A stretch of 64,000 nucleotides of DNA, taken from positions 1 to 64,000 of the forward strand of contig JABANN010000069.1 of assembly GCA_013115125.1 (NCBI GenBank). The letters are read 5' to 3'. The notes beneath the pieces were generated by a model. The model worked only from the letters and a program-made list of their open reading frames with translations, ran no database searches and had not been told where the DNA came from. Positions 38,956 through 52,143 of this stretch are shown here, in pieces (within the stretch, counting starts at the first letter, position 1; every line of letters starts with the position of its first letter). Source of the DNA: Perkinsus olseni. Its lineage: Eukaryota. Made by a program: the position numbers and the translations under genes.

Positions 38956-39502
38956 TTACGCCTTGCCGAAGAACATCTGGACACGTTGCATGATGGAATC
39001 CTGATAACGACCAGACATGAAAGGAAGTCGCCAGCTTGCAGACACTAGCTACCTGAGCAGGGTTGTAGGGAGCCTCCTTGCTGGGGATCTCAAGGACGGT
39101 GGGGATGGCCGAGCCAGTGCTGGTGTACCTACACCAAGCCGGGATGGTGACGGGTTGGGTACGGGTTTCGGGTTGGACGGGTTGGACGATGGTCGCTCAC
39201 TTTCGGACGACATGACGGATCTTCTCAGCGATGGGCTGGTTGATGATGACAATGGCGATGTCAGGGCGCTCGACAAAAGTCTTGAAGGCATCCTCGATGT
39301 CGTTGCGTCGGGTCTCTGATGAAAAAAAGGTAACAGAATGACGAAGGTGATGTCACTTACTAGCGTCGACCACTAGGAAGTTGGTCACACCGTTGCCATC
39401 ACGCATGCCGGCGCCAGCGAGGCAAAAACCGGAGACGGTCTCCTCATCGCCAATAATGGCGACATGAAGGTCGCTCTTCTTGGAGATCTTGTTGGCAACC
39501 AT
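38956..39502 (-). CDS. ATP6V1F: V-type proton ATPase subunit F
   Basis: IIGDEETVSGFCLAGAG..DIAIVIINQPIAEKIRH..IPTVLEIPSKEAPYNPAQDSIMQRV; 4 exons. Confidence 0.95.
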
Positions 39503-39599
39503 AGTGTAGGGAAAGGAGTGGTATTAAACAAAGGACTGCTGATCACCATCACCATCGCCGTCAGCTAAGCAGCTTCACGCGCCACAATATTCAACAACA

Positions 39600-40340
39600 C
39601 ACGGATGCCTAGGAGCTTTTTCACGTCAAGCAGGGCATGCACGATGCTGGTGGTGACGAGCATTCCATTCAAGAGCAGCAACGACGCTGTTGGACACAAC
39701 GAAGACAGGCAGCCCCAGCCGAAGGAAATCCGAGGACTTTAGCGTACCCTCACAACAGAGCGCAATAATAACTCAGCGTAGGCTAAAAGTAGTCCGAACG
39801 TCGGCAAAGCTCGTAATAGAGAGAATTATTGGGCACTGACCAGCTTTTTTGCCAGCGTGTTTTCGTGACCCTCTGTTGCCTAGCCGCATGCGGCCGAGAG
39901 CTGAAGAGAAGTTCTACGTGACCTTAGTGCCGCTGAGAGGATTCGGACAGAATTTGCCAGGTTTTGTGCAAGTTGCACGAAAACTTGCGGTAAGGAAAGC
40001 CAAGATTTGCAAGTAGCGGGAGGTCGGTCCCGGGTCGCGTTTGCTCGACCGGGTTTGACAACGGAGACCCAACCGGGTTGCAGGGTCTGCGATGCAGAAG
40101 GCTAACAGGAGTTGAATGAGCTGTTGAGAAACGCCCGCGGAGCTCGAATCGGAGTCGCTGAGGACCCCGGCCATTCGGAAGGCTCGCGGAAGTCCAATTC
40201 AAACAGAACGAACATCTTTCAGTGTGACCCTAACTCGCTCCATGATCTTCTTGCCGTTCGTGATGTGATATCGTCTTGGTGCCTCGTTCCGGTTGAAGGT
40301 ATAAAGTAACGGAATGGCAGACGGAATCTCCTCATGAACG
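39600..40340 (+). CDS. Hypothetical multi-exon protein
   Basis: Exon-like ORF 40112-40300 with splice signals; no domain recognised. Confidence 0.3.
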
Positions 40341-40358
40341 ACACCAAGGAGGCGTCAA

Positions 40359-40430
40359 GGCCCTGTGGTGCAACGGTAGCGCATCTGACTCCAGATCAGA
40401 AGGTTGTCCGTTCGAATCGGGCCGGGGTCA
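40359..40430 (+). tRNA. trnW: tRNA-Trp (anticodon CCA)
   Basis: Cloverleaf: acceptor GGCCCTG/CGGGGTC, anticodon arm TCTGA-CTCCAGA-TCAGA, T-loop TTCGAAT. Confidence 0.95.
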
Positions 40431-40914
40431 AATATTTAATCTATTGATCAATCAGAGGGAATGTTGGGATGGTCATTGAATCTGTCAAACGCCGCTGGGA
40501 GAACATTCCTAAACCACTCGGGAAAGTTCCTCAAAGATATCCGAGACGAATACGACTGCCCGATCATGTCCAACCCGAACTTCGTACAAACACAAGTCTG
40601 CCGTGAATAGAATTGAAACGAATGAATCGTTCTTCGGATCTCCAGCACACTTCTGGGAGGCGAACACTTTGCAGCCGGCCTAGTCCAGTGAAGACAGTGC
40701 TGGTCGCGCTTTAAGATGACATGCTCATGCTATCGTGTGCGGCCACGACCTTCGCAACTCGTCTCTTCCTATCTTAGCGTCCAGCCTGTGCGTATCTTTG
40801 CAATCATTGATGTATCTCCCTCAGACCTTGATTGATTACTTCGCACCAATATGGCATTGATGCCGAAACCTCCGAAAGAGAGGCGCTTCACCCAACCGAC
40901 ACTCCAACAACTCA

Positions 40915-41565
40915 AGCATTATATGAGACCGGTCTTAAGGTTCGAGAAAACTGCGGTCGGCGCTGAACTAAGGAGACGTCCTGAATACTTGCAGATGAGT
41001 AATCCCCGGAGAAACCAAAGGTAAAAAAACGAGAACGAAAAACGTGAACTGCTCAAGCCAGTGGAGGGTGAGGAAATGACCGCATATCGGATTCGGCCCA
41101 AGTTGGTTACAACACAACCAGCCGTAATAGCCAACCACTACACATTGCAACCGAGAGAGGCTGCCGCGACCACCGTCAAACCGTAGTACAACATCATCGA
41201 GGCTGCACGCTTTACACGATGCCTCCCCCGCGCGATTGGCGGCGTAGCTGATGAGGTTAGCTGACTCTCGGGAAACCACGAATCCCGTTTTGGGAGGCAC
41301 CGCCCTACCTCCTTCGGGAACCTACACTTCTCGCTCTGCTGCAGCCCGTCCAATATTTTACAATCCCGTCCCGTCCGCGTCCCCCTCCTACCCGCCGGTC
41401 GTTCCAGCGCCCCGGGTTCCCCGTCTTTGAGGCGGAGCGATGCAACGACGGATAACACAACACCGCCTGTTGCTCACAAACTCACCACGGTAAGCGACGA
41501 CTACGAACTAGAAGACATCACCGGTTTTTTGTGTCGAGCAAGGATCAACCTCGGATACCATCATC
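40915..41565 (-). CDS. Small hypothetical multi-exon gene
   Basis: Polypyrimidine tract/AG followed by ATG and several short GT-AG introns; reading frame not resolved. Confidence 0.3.
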
Positions 41566-41657
41566 AACGGTGAAATCTGACGACCCTGCCCTCAGACAGA
41601 GATGTAGTAGCGAGAAAGAGATACAATGGTAAGCAAAATCGTCACTGCGCCACGAAA

Positions 41658-44247
41658 TTACTTTCCCTTCGCCGGAGACCCAGCCAAGCCTGTTCGAACA
41701 TACTCGTAGTGAGGGGCCGACCTGCAACGAACCTCCACAACTTCACAGCAATATTAACCACCTACTTAGTATCCCCATAGACGACATAGGTCGGATTTTT
41801 CTTCAACAGCTTGGCCGCCACCTTCTTCAAATCAGCCTCGGTCACTGCGTCAACCCGAGCGGCGAACTCCTCAGGGGTAACCACCTAGCGAAGCAGTCAC
41901 AAACAGGATCGCGTATCTTAGGTCGAACCTTGCCACTCATAATGATCTGTCTGCCAATGTCTTCCATCAACACCTTCGAGTTCTCGGCATTCATAAAAAT
42001 ATTTCCCTTCAACGTATTTTTCGCTCGACTCACTTCCTCAGGAGTGAACGAATTCTAACAACAAAGGATCGGAATCACACCCGCGCCGGGAGCACGGAGA
42101 TACTACCAATTTATGAAGCTCATTAAGAGCGATGTCCACTAACCTGGGAGCCTCTTGACCGTAACCAGTGATGTACATCCCGAACAGACCAGAATCCGAG
42201 TACCTGTCCACGAGTTCCATCTTTCTACTTAAACTAAGACCTATCAGAAAATTCCCAAAAACTCGCGAAAATACCCAATTTTCACCAAATCACGCTACTA
42301 GGGAGCCGCGACGCTGGCAAGATCAAGAGCATCTTACTGTGTGTTGAAGGCCATGCAGCTCTCCACGTTCGGATTCTGATTCAGGACGTTGAGGTACAGG
42401 CGGGAGTGCATACCCTTGCCCGGCCCACCAGTGGAGAACGAACCTCCCCCGCCTAACCGATGCATTGCTTCCATCAAACTAATGGTAATGGAAACTCACC
42501 TAGGAGGGTCTGCAGGACGGTAACCGGGACGAGATCCGCGGAGTTCCAGCCTTCAGTCTCGAAACCTATGGCGATGTTGCAGACCGGCATGTCCGCATTC
42601 TCCTCGAGCTTATAGCCACCGGTGTATATCGGCTTCGGCTCTTCACGCGGTAAGTTCGGGATCGCAACATCTGCGGCAAAAACGATCCAACGACGACCGG
42701 GAGAAATTTTTACTTACATTCCGCGAAGCTTCTCATCAACCACTTGCAGAGTTCGTCATGATCAACATTGATACCAACAAAAACGCTTCGCTCCGCCGAG
42801 AAATGCTTCATCATGTACTCCCGGATGTTGTCACCCGTGAAGTGCTCAAGGGCCCTAGCAGGCAACACTCGTACCACACCAATAGTAAATCGCAAGACGG
42901 CATCTACCTTCCCTCGTTCGCGAGGAGAGCGTTGCCCAGGGTGTTGTTGTGATATGCAGTCTGATGCAACAACTCCGAGACATACTGATCAGTATCAGCC
43001 TTCAGTCTCTCATGTGCCTGATACAGCAATCTCCTCTAGACACGCGAAGAACATGATACCATCACCTTTTTGATCTCCTTGTGACAAGCGTTGACTTCCC
43101 ATGGTAGGAGTCGAGGGAAGAGGACATTCCCAACGACCAGAGTACTGGCCACCGGCGTATATTCCCTTAAGAGCTCGAGGTTGTACATCATGTGCTCACG
43201 ACCAGCCTGGCAACCTCCATTCATGCCGAGGACCTCGATGGTCTTGATGGTGCGAAGGTGCGATAAGTGGGCAGTTGATCTGGGGAAAAGATGGTATCAA
43301 TACGGCAAGGCGTGATGATACCCACCTGAAGGCAACACACTCGACCATGTGAGAGAGGCCCTCCTCAGCTGGAGTCTCGAAACGGCTGCCAGCATGCACG
43401 AACAGACCGAGGTTGGCGGTCAACTGATGATGAAGACAGAAACTGCCTAGTCGCTGATAAGGTAGTCAGTACCCCTTGCTTATCCACAGACACAATGCGC
43501 ATGCCGTTCTCGAGGACAGAGAACTTCATCTCGGGTTTCTTCAGTTGAGGGGCCTATCAACAGCAGGAGCAGCCTACGTCAGAACAGAGACCGGTCGAGG
43601 GGTGGTTACCGGAACATCTGTCAGGATGGGTATGTCTAGGGGCACATCTCGGTACTTGTTGTCCTTGTGCTCGCCACCGATGTAGTAAAACCTATCACGG
43701 CGGTCAATGATGAGGTCGAAAGATACTCAAAGATTCCTACTGGAAGTGGGGGACTTCCTTCACGACTTCGCCGACATCCTCCTGCTTGAACTTGACCACG
43801 TTGTACGAAGTCCCTTGTATGGTACCTCAGCCATGATAAGTGCGGGAAGGAGAAAAGTTCGGTCGGATGTGCGATGGTACACGACTCAACCTACTCTGTA
43901 TCTTACATGCACGACCCCAAGATACCTCTGCGCATAATATACCGATCTTAACCGCACTCAAGATTGAAATTACTCCACGATTCTTGCCACTTCCACAGGA
44001 ACAACGCAAAATTGTCCCCGCCACCACTCGACCATCGGCGATTCGGATCGCACATCGAAAAGTAGTGCCGTCATCAAATCATGGGCTACTCACTTTTGCC
44101 TTCAGTCTTGGTCACAGCGGCAGCAGCAGTCTGAGCCGAGGAAAAGCATCTTCTGAAGGCAGCGGCCCCAAGGCATCTAGCGAGAGTAGGGCCACCTTGG
44201 ACCACGGCCGAGGAGGGGGCAGCAGCTGTGAGAAGCCTCGACAACAT
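41658..44247 (-). CDS. PMPCA: Mitochondrial processing peptidase alpha subunit (M16B)
   Basis: Mitochondrial presequence MLSRLLTAA..; [11 protein letters not shown]; glycine loop [35 protein letters not shown]; stop TAA at 41658-41660. Confidence 0.93.
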
Positions 44248-44905
44248 CAAAAAAGGAGATCTACGACAACGACGGATGAGTGAATCGAATCATCAAGTTG
44301 CACATACCTAAAGTCACGCGCCACAAAATTACGCGCGCGCCCAAATTGTTGAAAAGATTTTCTGCCTCACTGACGTCGCTGGTGATGTTTCTGCTGATGA
44401 AGGGCTGGCCTCACTCGTCCGTGTGTGATGGCATGATAATCTTGAATGCAACCCTGATGGTCTCCGTCCGCTTGTTGACAGAAATCTTGTCTTCTCCCGT
44501 CATCAACCTAAGATACCACGCTGCCAGTCGACGCCCTACCAGTGGCGGAAGTACTTGTCATGCCTAGGAAGCTTCTGATGACATGCTGAGAGCACTCATT
44601 AAGCTTACTCTGAGTACGCTCACGATTGAGCTAGGAAATCTTTTCAGCGTGTAGAAATCGACCTCACGATCGACGCAGTGCTCAGGGACTCTCAAAAAGG
44701 AATGAAGCTGCAGATTTTTACCCGCACAAGGGGCTTCCAGAATCGATTTCAATTTCAGAATTAGTTTTTCGAAAACCTCCCGCGTGTGAAAAGGAACTCT
44801 AGAATCGATTCTTAGTGTCAGAATCACCTTTTTGAACGGGGGCTGTGCACCAAGAGCCCTACCCAAGTCCTACGCGGACGATGGGGTCTTTCAATGCATT
44901 CTTCC

Positions 44906-45044
44906 AATTCTGAAACTCAGAATCGATACTGGAACAGTAATTCCAGAATCGATACTGGAACAGCATTTCACATGTAAAAATCAATTCCAGAATCGATACT
45001 GGAACAGCTTTATTCACGTAAAATCGATGCTGAGTTTCAGAATT
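44906..45044. mobile_element. MITE-like element with 22-bp TIRs and three internal palindromic direct repeats
   Basis: Left AATTCTGAAACTCAGAATCGAT vs right ATCGATGCTGAGTTTCAGAATT (21/22); CAGAATCGATACTGGAACAG at 44918, 44944 and 44988. Confidence 0.55.
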
Positions 45045-45195
45045 ATTTTGTTGAACGGAGAAAATGAAGATTTTATCATCACTATGGCCATCCCGCGATC
45101 CCGTATCATCATCAGCGTCATCGATAGAGCACTACCCCTATACCGGTGTGAATCCTATTGAACAACATCTACCACAAGTATCTTCACTCAGTGTC

Positions 45196-46310
45196 ATGGG
45201 CAAGGACCAACCTGTCACCCTGCGAATCATCGTAGCTGGGGAACCAGGGACAGGGAGACAATCTTTATGCAGGTGTCTACTTTCACAGCTAGAGGTGTCA
45301 GAAAGTCTATTGCTGTTGCAGAGCCCTCTGCACTGCGGAAGGTGATCCGAACACGTCCTATCTCGGGACGGCAACCGAAGGCTCTTCTGTCGTTCCCACA
45401 GTCGAAGTCGGTCGTCAAGTATTAGCCTTTCCAGATGGCCCAACACGGGAGGTATCAGAATCATGATCGTCACAGCACGGATGGGTCAGTCTCAGGTGTC
45501 GATTGAGTTCTGGATAATCAGCTGTTCTTCTGAGGTCAGCCTGGACCTGCTCACAGCGCCAGAGTCCTCCCCCGACGGGATGATACTAGTTTTCGATACT
45601 ATCCGTTCCACAACTCTCACTGGTGCTCTCACTGGCTGGCTCTTCGATTTTGTTTTTCCAGAGAAAGACAGGTAATGGCCAGAAAGTGAATATGCTACTT
45701 TTGTGTTGTTAACCGTCATCCGTGTCAGCGACCAAGCCCTCCCTTCGCCTTGCCGCGACCGTTCGCTGAGCACCTTTGAAGGGAATACTGACTTCAGAGA
45801 GGACCTGCTGACTGGCGTGTGCCCTCTGATGGTCGTAGCTAACAATAAGGATGCCCGGAATAGCTGGCAGTGGCGCGGTGGAGAAGCCCCGTTACCGAGG
45901 CCACCGACATACGTCGATAGATTCGTCGTTGGTGAGAAGAGCATCTCCGCTGCGTGGCTTCTGTGTACAGACCATGCATTTTCGACAAGCAACTCAGGAA
46001 TTTTATGGGTTCTTCACTATTGCCCCCTCACACCAATCGTCTGCCCCACACGCGAAACGGGTGATGCTAATAACCGCGTATTGGCCGAGGAAATGACTCT
46101 TCCGGGATATTTCGGACCGCGATCACCAGGCATTTTCAGTGGCTGACGAGCAATGAAAATCCCATCCAAGCTATGATATCAGGTAGGCGTTCGATTTTGT
46201 GATATCGCTCATCAGTGTGTTTCGTTGTAACCATTGCTTTGGCCATCAGCAAAATCACCGTTCGCCAACTTTCTTCGGCACAACTTGAGGATGGGTACAC
46301 ACTGATGAGT
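45196..46310 (+). CDS. Divergent Rab-like (RABL3-like) small GTPase with degenerate G-boxes
   Basis: LRIIVAGEPGTGRQSL, IEFW, DGMILVFD..W, PLMVVANNKD follow GTPase strand order; 3' end uncertain. Confidence 0.55.
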
Positions 46311-47314
46311 AGAGCTCAGTTCCGAACGGTACGTGATGTCACACGTACCGATAGCGGACGCCTACCTGGCGAAAGAAAGCCAGGTAGGCGCTAATACCTT
46401 TCCATGGGACCTACCACAATCACACCTGCTAATCCAGGTGTGATTAGGCTTTCACAGTGATTGAGTCTCTCCTTTCCTAGGGAGGCTGGGCCACAGCCTC
46501 TCTCAAAAGTGGCGAATTCCCTCAGAACCCGTCCCATGGCCCGCCTAGTCCCTACCGGAAAGATACTATTCTCATTAACGAAACACACACACGGGTGTTA
46601 GATTGGATAACTCAGCAAGAATCGTTCACGGTGGTTCTTGAGTAACAACTACAGTAATAACCGGACACGTAAGCTAGACTGTCGATCACACAAGGAATCC
46701 TGGGGCAACACAATCAATTGTGTACATTTTGAAAAAAGCTACACAAAAATGAATCCAATTTGAAGGAAAAATGTAGATGGAAAAATAATTCTTTCCTCAC
46801 CAAGGGAAGATATTCGATGGTCCTTCTTTACGTCCTCACTTCAGGTGAGCCGTGCCCTCGATGGACCTGTGGTGTTAATGGCAATGACGCGGCCGCTAAG
46901 GACGCTATGTACACTGTTCGCAACAGGCTCCTCAGTAAGTCTGAGGAATATCCGCAATGCTGCGCGCGTATAGATAATCTTTCGACAGGATACGACGACC
47001 CTCAAACACGGAGTATCTTCTCCACAGCTTCAGTCGACGGAACAGTACAGCACATCGACCGATGCTCGTGGATGGATTTCTTGCGGAAGTCTGTGGTCTA
47101 TCATGACCGGAAGCTCTTTGGTGGTGTTTAGTTTATCATATACTATCACAATCAGCTTGGAATGAGTTTTTCCTGCAACAGACAGATTATTGGGTTCTAC
47201 AGGAAGGTCTCGGCGGTTGGAAGGCCCAGGAGCTTGAGGTTGGGGTGAGCGAAGAATAAGCTCAACCAGCTTTAAAGGCACTTGAGGACGTCGAAGTACC
47301 AATCAAAACCGAAA

Positions 47315-48339
47315 TTATCCAATTGACTTTCCCGAAGAACTCTCCACGTCGCAGTTCACGAGGCTGAAGCTCTGCCACCAAACTAAATCGGCTGACAAAT
47401 TTCTATAGGGGTGGCTATGTGTAAATCGCCACAGAAATCTCCGAGCTCGGATCAGCTGAAATGCCTTCGAAAGCATTCGAACTACATGGGGCATGCGGAA
47501 GTGCCTGACGAAGTCCCTCCAATTCTCCATAGACGTGACGAATTAGCCTCGGACTCGTGAGAGTTCGGCGTAGTTTTTACGCCGCTCAACAGACGGATTG
47601 GACGAGGACAGGTCGGCTTCAAACTGCAATATTGACAGACCCCGCGCCGAAACTCCTTTCATTTGTGACACCGTCATTGTTAGTGCAGTGCACGTAAGGT
47701 CGCACCATGAATGCCCTCTCGAGTCCGACTTTCATTCAGCGTATAAACGAGTGGTTCATCTAGGTTAAGACAGGCGCAGAGAGATGCCATGTCATGTGGT
47801 GCGCACAATTGGACACTGAGTGTCTCGGTTGTGCCTCCCGCGCTTGCAAGCTAGTGCCTTGAGCGCCGGCTCGAGCCCTCAGGTGAAGGATGACGGTTCG
47901 ATTCAACGGTCGTCGTCTTCCCAATGCTCTCACTTTTTAAACCGAGGTCCTCGAGAGGCAACTTGTGCCTGCGATTGCCATTTGTGGTGACGCCTTCGAC
48001 CTCGGAGACCACAGGTTTTGCGACGATACGAGTTACCGTAGTTAGTGAGCAGTAGAGATGGTCCTCACTACAGTGCATGCTATCAGTGCCAAATTCATTT
48101 ATGCCGCTCTGATTCACAGCCAGTGGGACAGTGTATCGCTCGAGAGATCTGTCGGCCATACCGCCATCCATGCCAACCGTTCTTAGTTTGATGCGCTGGA
48201 CGAGCTTCGCGGGCAAACACGAAGACACGAAGCGTAGCGGTGCGGCGACCCCATTCTCATGGTGGAGGGTGTACTTCGAAGAATGGGAAGCAGCAGGAAT
48301 CTTTAGCAGAAATACCGGGGCTAGTAGACGAGTCAGCAT
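47315..48339 (-). CDS. Hypothetical, possibly secreted, multi-exon protein
   Basis: Hydrophobic N-terminus MLTRLLAPVFLL; exon-like ORFs with splice signals. Confidence 0.35.
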
Positions 48340-48851
48340 AGTGACAACCATCTACTACTTAGTAACTACCAGTGTACTCGTATCGTTGTGCGCCTCGCAC
48401 TCGCGTTCATGCGTACGCGTTCAAGGTTACGCTATAGATCGCCTTGTCTGTCTACTCCTCTCGAGTCCGGTTTCACCGCTCTTCGAACCCCGTCCCAAAT
48501 AGTCACACTGTCCTGAGTTATAGGGCAAGTCTAGGATACGATGGTTCACGCGGGCACTTCTTTTCACGGCGATTTGTCTTGTCCGATACAGCTGAGAGTA
48601 TCTGGACCGAAAACTCGTCTTGTTACTGCGAGCCATCGAATCGTCGTGCGCCGGGCGGTTTCAGATTCTCAACGGATTCCATAGTCGCAATTGCAATATG
48701 TTGCTGGCTTCTAGGACCTACTGTAGTAGATCGCACTCTATGATATGGGGCTTGTCATAGGTGCATATTAGTAGACCGATCCACAGTGTTTGGCCTCGGA
48801 GCGACGTGAATGTGGACGTGCAACTCATAGTGTTAGGAAGCTTCGTACCCT

Positions 48852-50804
48852 ATGATAATGCTTAGGGCCCTTCTACTAACCTGTATCTGCTGGCAGGCTA
48901 TCTCGGCTCCCTTCCGTTGGGAAGTGCTTGATAATGGTGGGGGGCCCGGTGCCCGCGATAGGCCGGCCATCGGCTATGATCCTCTTCGTGAGTTGGGCGT
49001 TAATCTTGAAATCGGCTGAATTGATTTCTTGTGTCAGGTAGGAATTTGATCTCCTTCGGTGGCCGTTCTGGAGGCTCCCTCTTCCAGGACACGTGGTACT
49101 TCAACTTGGACAGTCAAACCTGGACCCTCGTCAATGTGGCTAACCCTCCTGCTGCTCGCTTCGATGCTATCTCTGGTGAGGGTGTTCCCCTCAGCCACGC
49201 TGTTGCCTGCGGATTCGTTCAGGCTATGACGTGGCGACTGGTCTTTTCGCCATCTCCACCGGCGATGCCGCCCCTGTCTTCTTCAACGACCTCTGGGTGC
49301 TGGTAGATTATGCCGGCCCAAATCCACAATGGCGTAGGATCGACGCGCAGTCAACCCGCTCGTTCGAACCAAGGTGGGTGTCACTTGACATGTCTTAGTG
49401 ACAGAGTCGGTTCGAGTAGGTACGGTTGCGGCGGCGGTCTGGCCATGGACGGCTATATCTATATAAGCCTCGGATTTGATGGCGCCACCCGATTTGGGGA
49501 TACATTTCGATTTCGCCTTTCCAACACCAGCGGAGGCTCATGGGAAGAGGTGCTTCAGCACTCCGCACACTCGATGTCGTCAGATGTCCTGAGTTTGCCT
49601 GTCTCCTCAGGTTTCGAACACCTTCCAATACGGTATAAACGAGCCTCATGCGCGCTGTCTTGTTGGCAACGCCGTCCTTCCGGGCACCAACTACGGCAAG
49701 TTCGTCATGTTTGGTGGATGCGCTAATGGTGGTAAACATGGCGGCCCGTGCCCAGCCTACGATACCTGGACTCTCGACCAGTCTATGAGTTGGGATCGTC
49801 AGGCGGATGCACCGGTGCCCACTGTATTCGGAGACCTTGCGGCTTGGGGCACTGATAAAGTTATCATGTACGGTGGAGCCGGCCCTGATCTTGACCAGCC
49901 CATCAGCATCACCGACCAGACCCCAGCTGATGTCCATGTTCTTGATCTCAACGCCAACGATTGGGAGAGTTACAAGGCTGAGCTGCCCAGTGGGATCCCC
50001 GGGCTCACACCGCAATCGTCTGCTATCGCCTTTCACCGTATGGTGGTGGCAGGCATTAACCCGCCGGCTGTGCTCCTCTTCGGTGGTCGTATCAATGGTC
50101 GTGTGTTGATGCTCACTGGCGGTCCTTCCGGCAGCCCAATAAGTAGCGGATGGTTCTACTTCTCTTGGATTTGGTTACACGGTATATTCATGGTCGCCGC
50201 CTGGGGCTTATGCCTGCCGATTGGGGCATTCATTTTCCGTTACTTTCGTCATAAGAAGTTTGCTTGGCCGGCTCATCTGGCATTGCAGAGTATCGGATTG
50301 GTCTTCAGCATCGTTGGCTTCATCGCTTCCTTCTACACCGGCGGTACCTTCGATTTTGCTCACGCGTACATTGGTATTATAGTATTCATCCTCGGGTGTT
50401 TGCAGCCGATCAATGCGGCATTCAGATGCCATCCTCGAGGACGAAATTTTCTCTGTAAGATTGACTACGGCAAGAGGTACATCTTCAACGCCTTTCACCA
50501 AATTGGTGGTCGAGCTGCACTTCTGCTGGGTATTGTCAACATCATGCTCGGCATACCCCTCGCTCAACTTCAAGTCGGCTGGCTGATAGGCGTTGGTGTC
50601 TGGTTTGCTGTCCTCATCTTTGGTCACTTCGTCTGCGAGCTTCTCCGTATGAGAGGAGTTCTACCACGCATACCTCGAAGCTACAACGAGCTCTACTTGC
50701 CTGGACCATTGAAGAAGCTCCACACGCACGCCCATCGAGATGAAGATCTGATTGCTGCGCCGCCCAAGGAGGCTGGCAGTGCACCAACTACCGGTGACCA
50801 CTGA
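48852..50804 (+). CDS. Kelch-repeat (beta-propeller) + cytochrome b561/ferric-reductase transmembrane fusion
   Basis: Signal peptide; Kelch repeats (SFGG..DTW, MFGG..DTW, MYGG, LFGG); b561 His ligands in WLHGIFMVAAWG, PAHLALQ, FAHAYIG and AFHQIGGR. Confidence 0.85.
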
Positions 50805-52143
50805 CGTCACAACTAAACGTGCGTTGATATTTATAATGCCGGCGTCGATCATTTGGAGTGGTCGGCTTTTTTACATTGAGAACTGTTCACTGATCTACTT
50901 TTCACAAAATCTCATCATAACATCTCGGTTGTGTTGGATATGCTCTTCCAGTATGGACGTAATACGTCGTCTGCAGCTCTACCGCGGTTTTCACGTCACG
51001 CCGGCTCTACGTACAACCGTTTTTCAGCGAAACTAATTCCGAAACTCAGGAACGATCCGGAATTGATTTTCGCGCGTTGAATCGATCGCGAGGTTCAGAA
51101 TCAGCACCCGGAACACCCACACAGTCTGACTGTGAAACAGAAAGATGCATCCCGCGAACGTGAGACCATCATGCCACGCGCAGCGCGTGAACGGCGGTCA
51201 TTAAGTCGATCCGATCGACGTAGTGACCATAGCGAACATGCCCGAGAGGGAAGAAGGCAGACCACATCTAGTGATGCGAATCACATCTTGCACCGTGTGG
51301 GTGTGCACCGTCTTATCCACCGTACACGTTCCGCGCGAATAACCATGACAATGCAAGTGCCGGTCGCTAGCTTTGTGCAGCGGCAAGTGATGAATGATTC
51401 ATCATGAATCATCACCCAGTGAAGGTCCGGGCTTTGCCTAGAGCAGGCACGTGTTAATAATCATTTATAATGATCGATGACTGGGGAGTCTCAATTGTTG
51501 CACACCCTCTTCAACCCGCGCTCTTTTTCGTCATGGACGTCGCACGGTGCACCAAAATTCAAAGTGCCTCAAGAAAAAAAACCGATTGTAGATATCTATG
51601 TGTGGAACTCATACACGAATTTTTATGGCCATACTGTGGCTCACACTATTTGTCAACAGCTTCACGTGTGCTTTTGGTACTGCAGTGGCATTCATACAGG
51701 GCAGACGGTTTGAATTGCCTTTATGGCCGCAACAATGCCTCGCCTCTTACGACCAAACACGACACAACTTACTGCAGAGGATGGGCTCTTTAACAATGGT
51801 ATCCGGCCTTGCTCATTGATCTTGAGTAGATTGTACAGGGGTCATTTTCGACATTTCAGCCTCCGAAACGGGGTTTCCGAGTTCGAGGTCGAATGCTCCG
51901 ACATTTCTACACAATTCCCGGGGCAAGTTTGACAAGTGAACAGGCAAGAATGACACACGCGAGTCCAAGTTTGACACATCTCCAAATTGTACACTTGTCA
52001 AGCTGGCACCGTGCCAGCTTACACCGCTTAGATCGTGACGATCTACTTCCATAATCTCACTGCGTACTAGAGCTCTGAGTAAGAAAGGATGTGTTCCCGC
52101 AAGGGTTCGTATGATGGCCGTGTGCTTATTATGCGCTGATCGC

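Noticed and set aside
40359-40430. Possible UGA-reading variant of tRNA-Trp (shortened anticodon stem)
   Set aside because: The anticodon stem is a normal 5 bp, and nearby genes use TGA as stop
44918-45007. Palindromic direct repeats resembling a CRISPR array
   Set aside because: Spacers are 6 and 24 nt, only three units, eukaryotic context, no cas genes
46300-46362. Hammerhead-ribozyme-like pattern (CTGATGAG..CGAA..stem)
   Set aside because: The core has GAA-C instead of GAAA, lacks the A15.1-U16.1 pair, and no stem I can be formed
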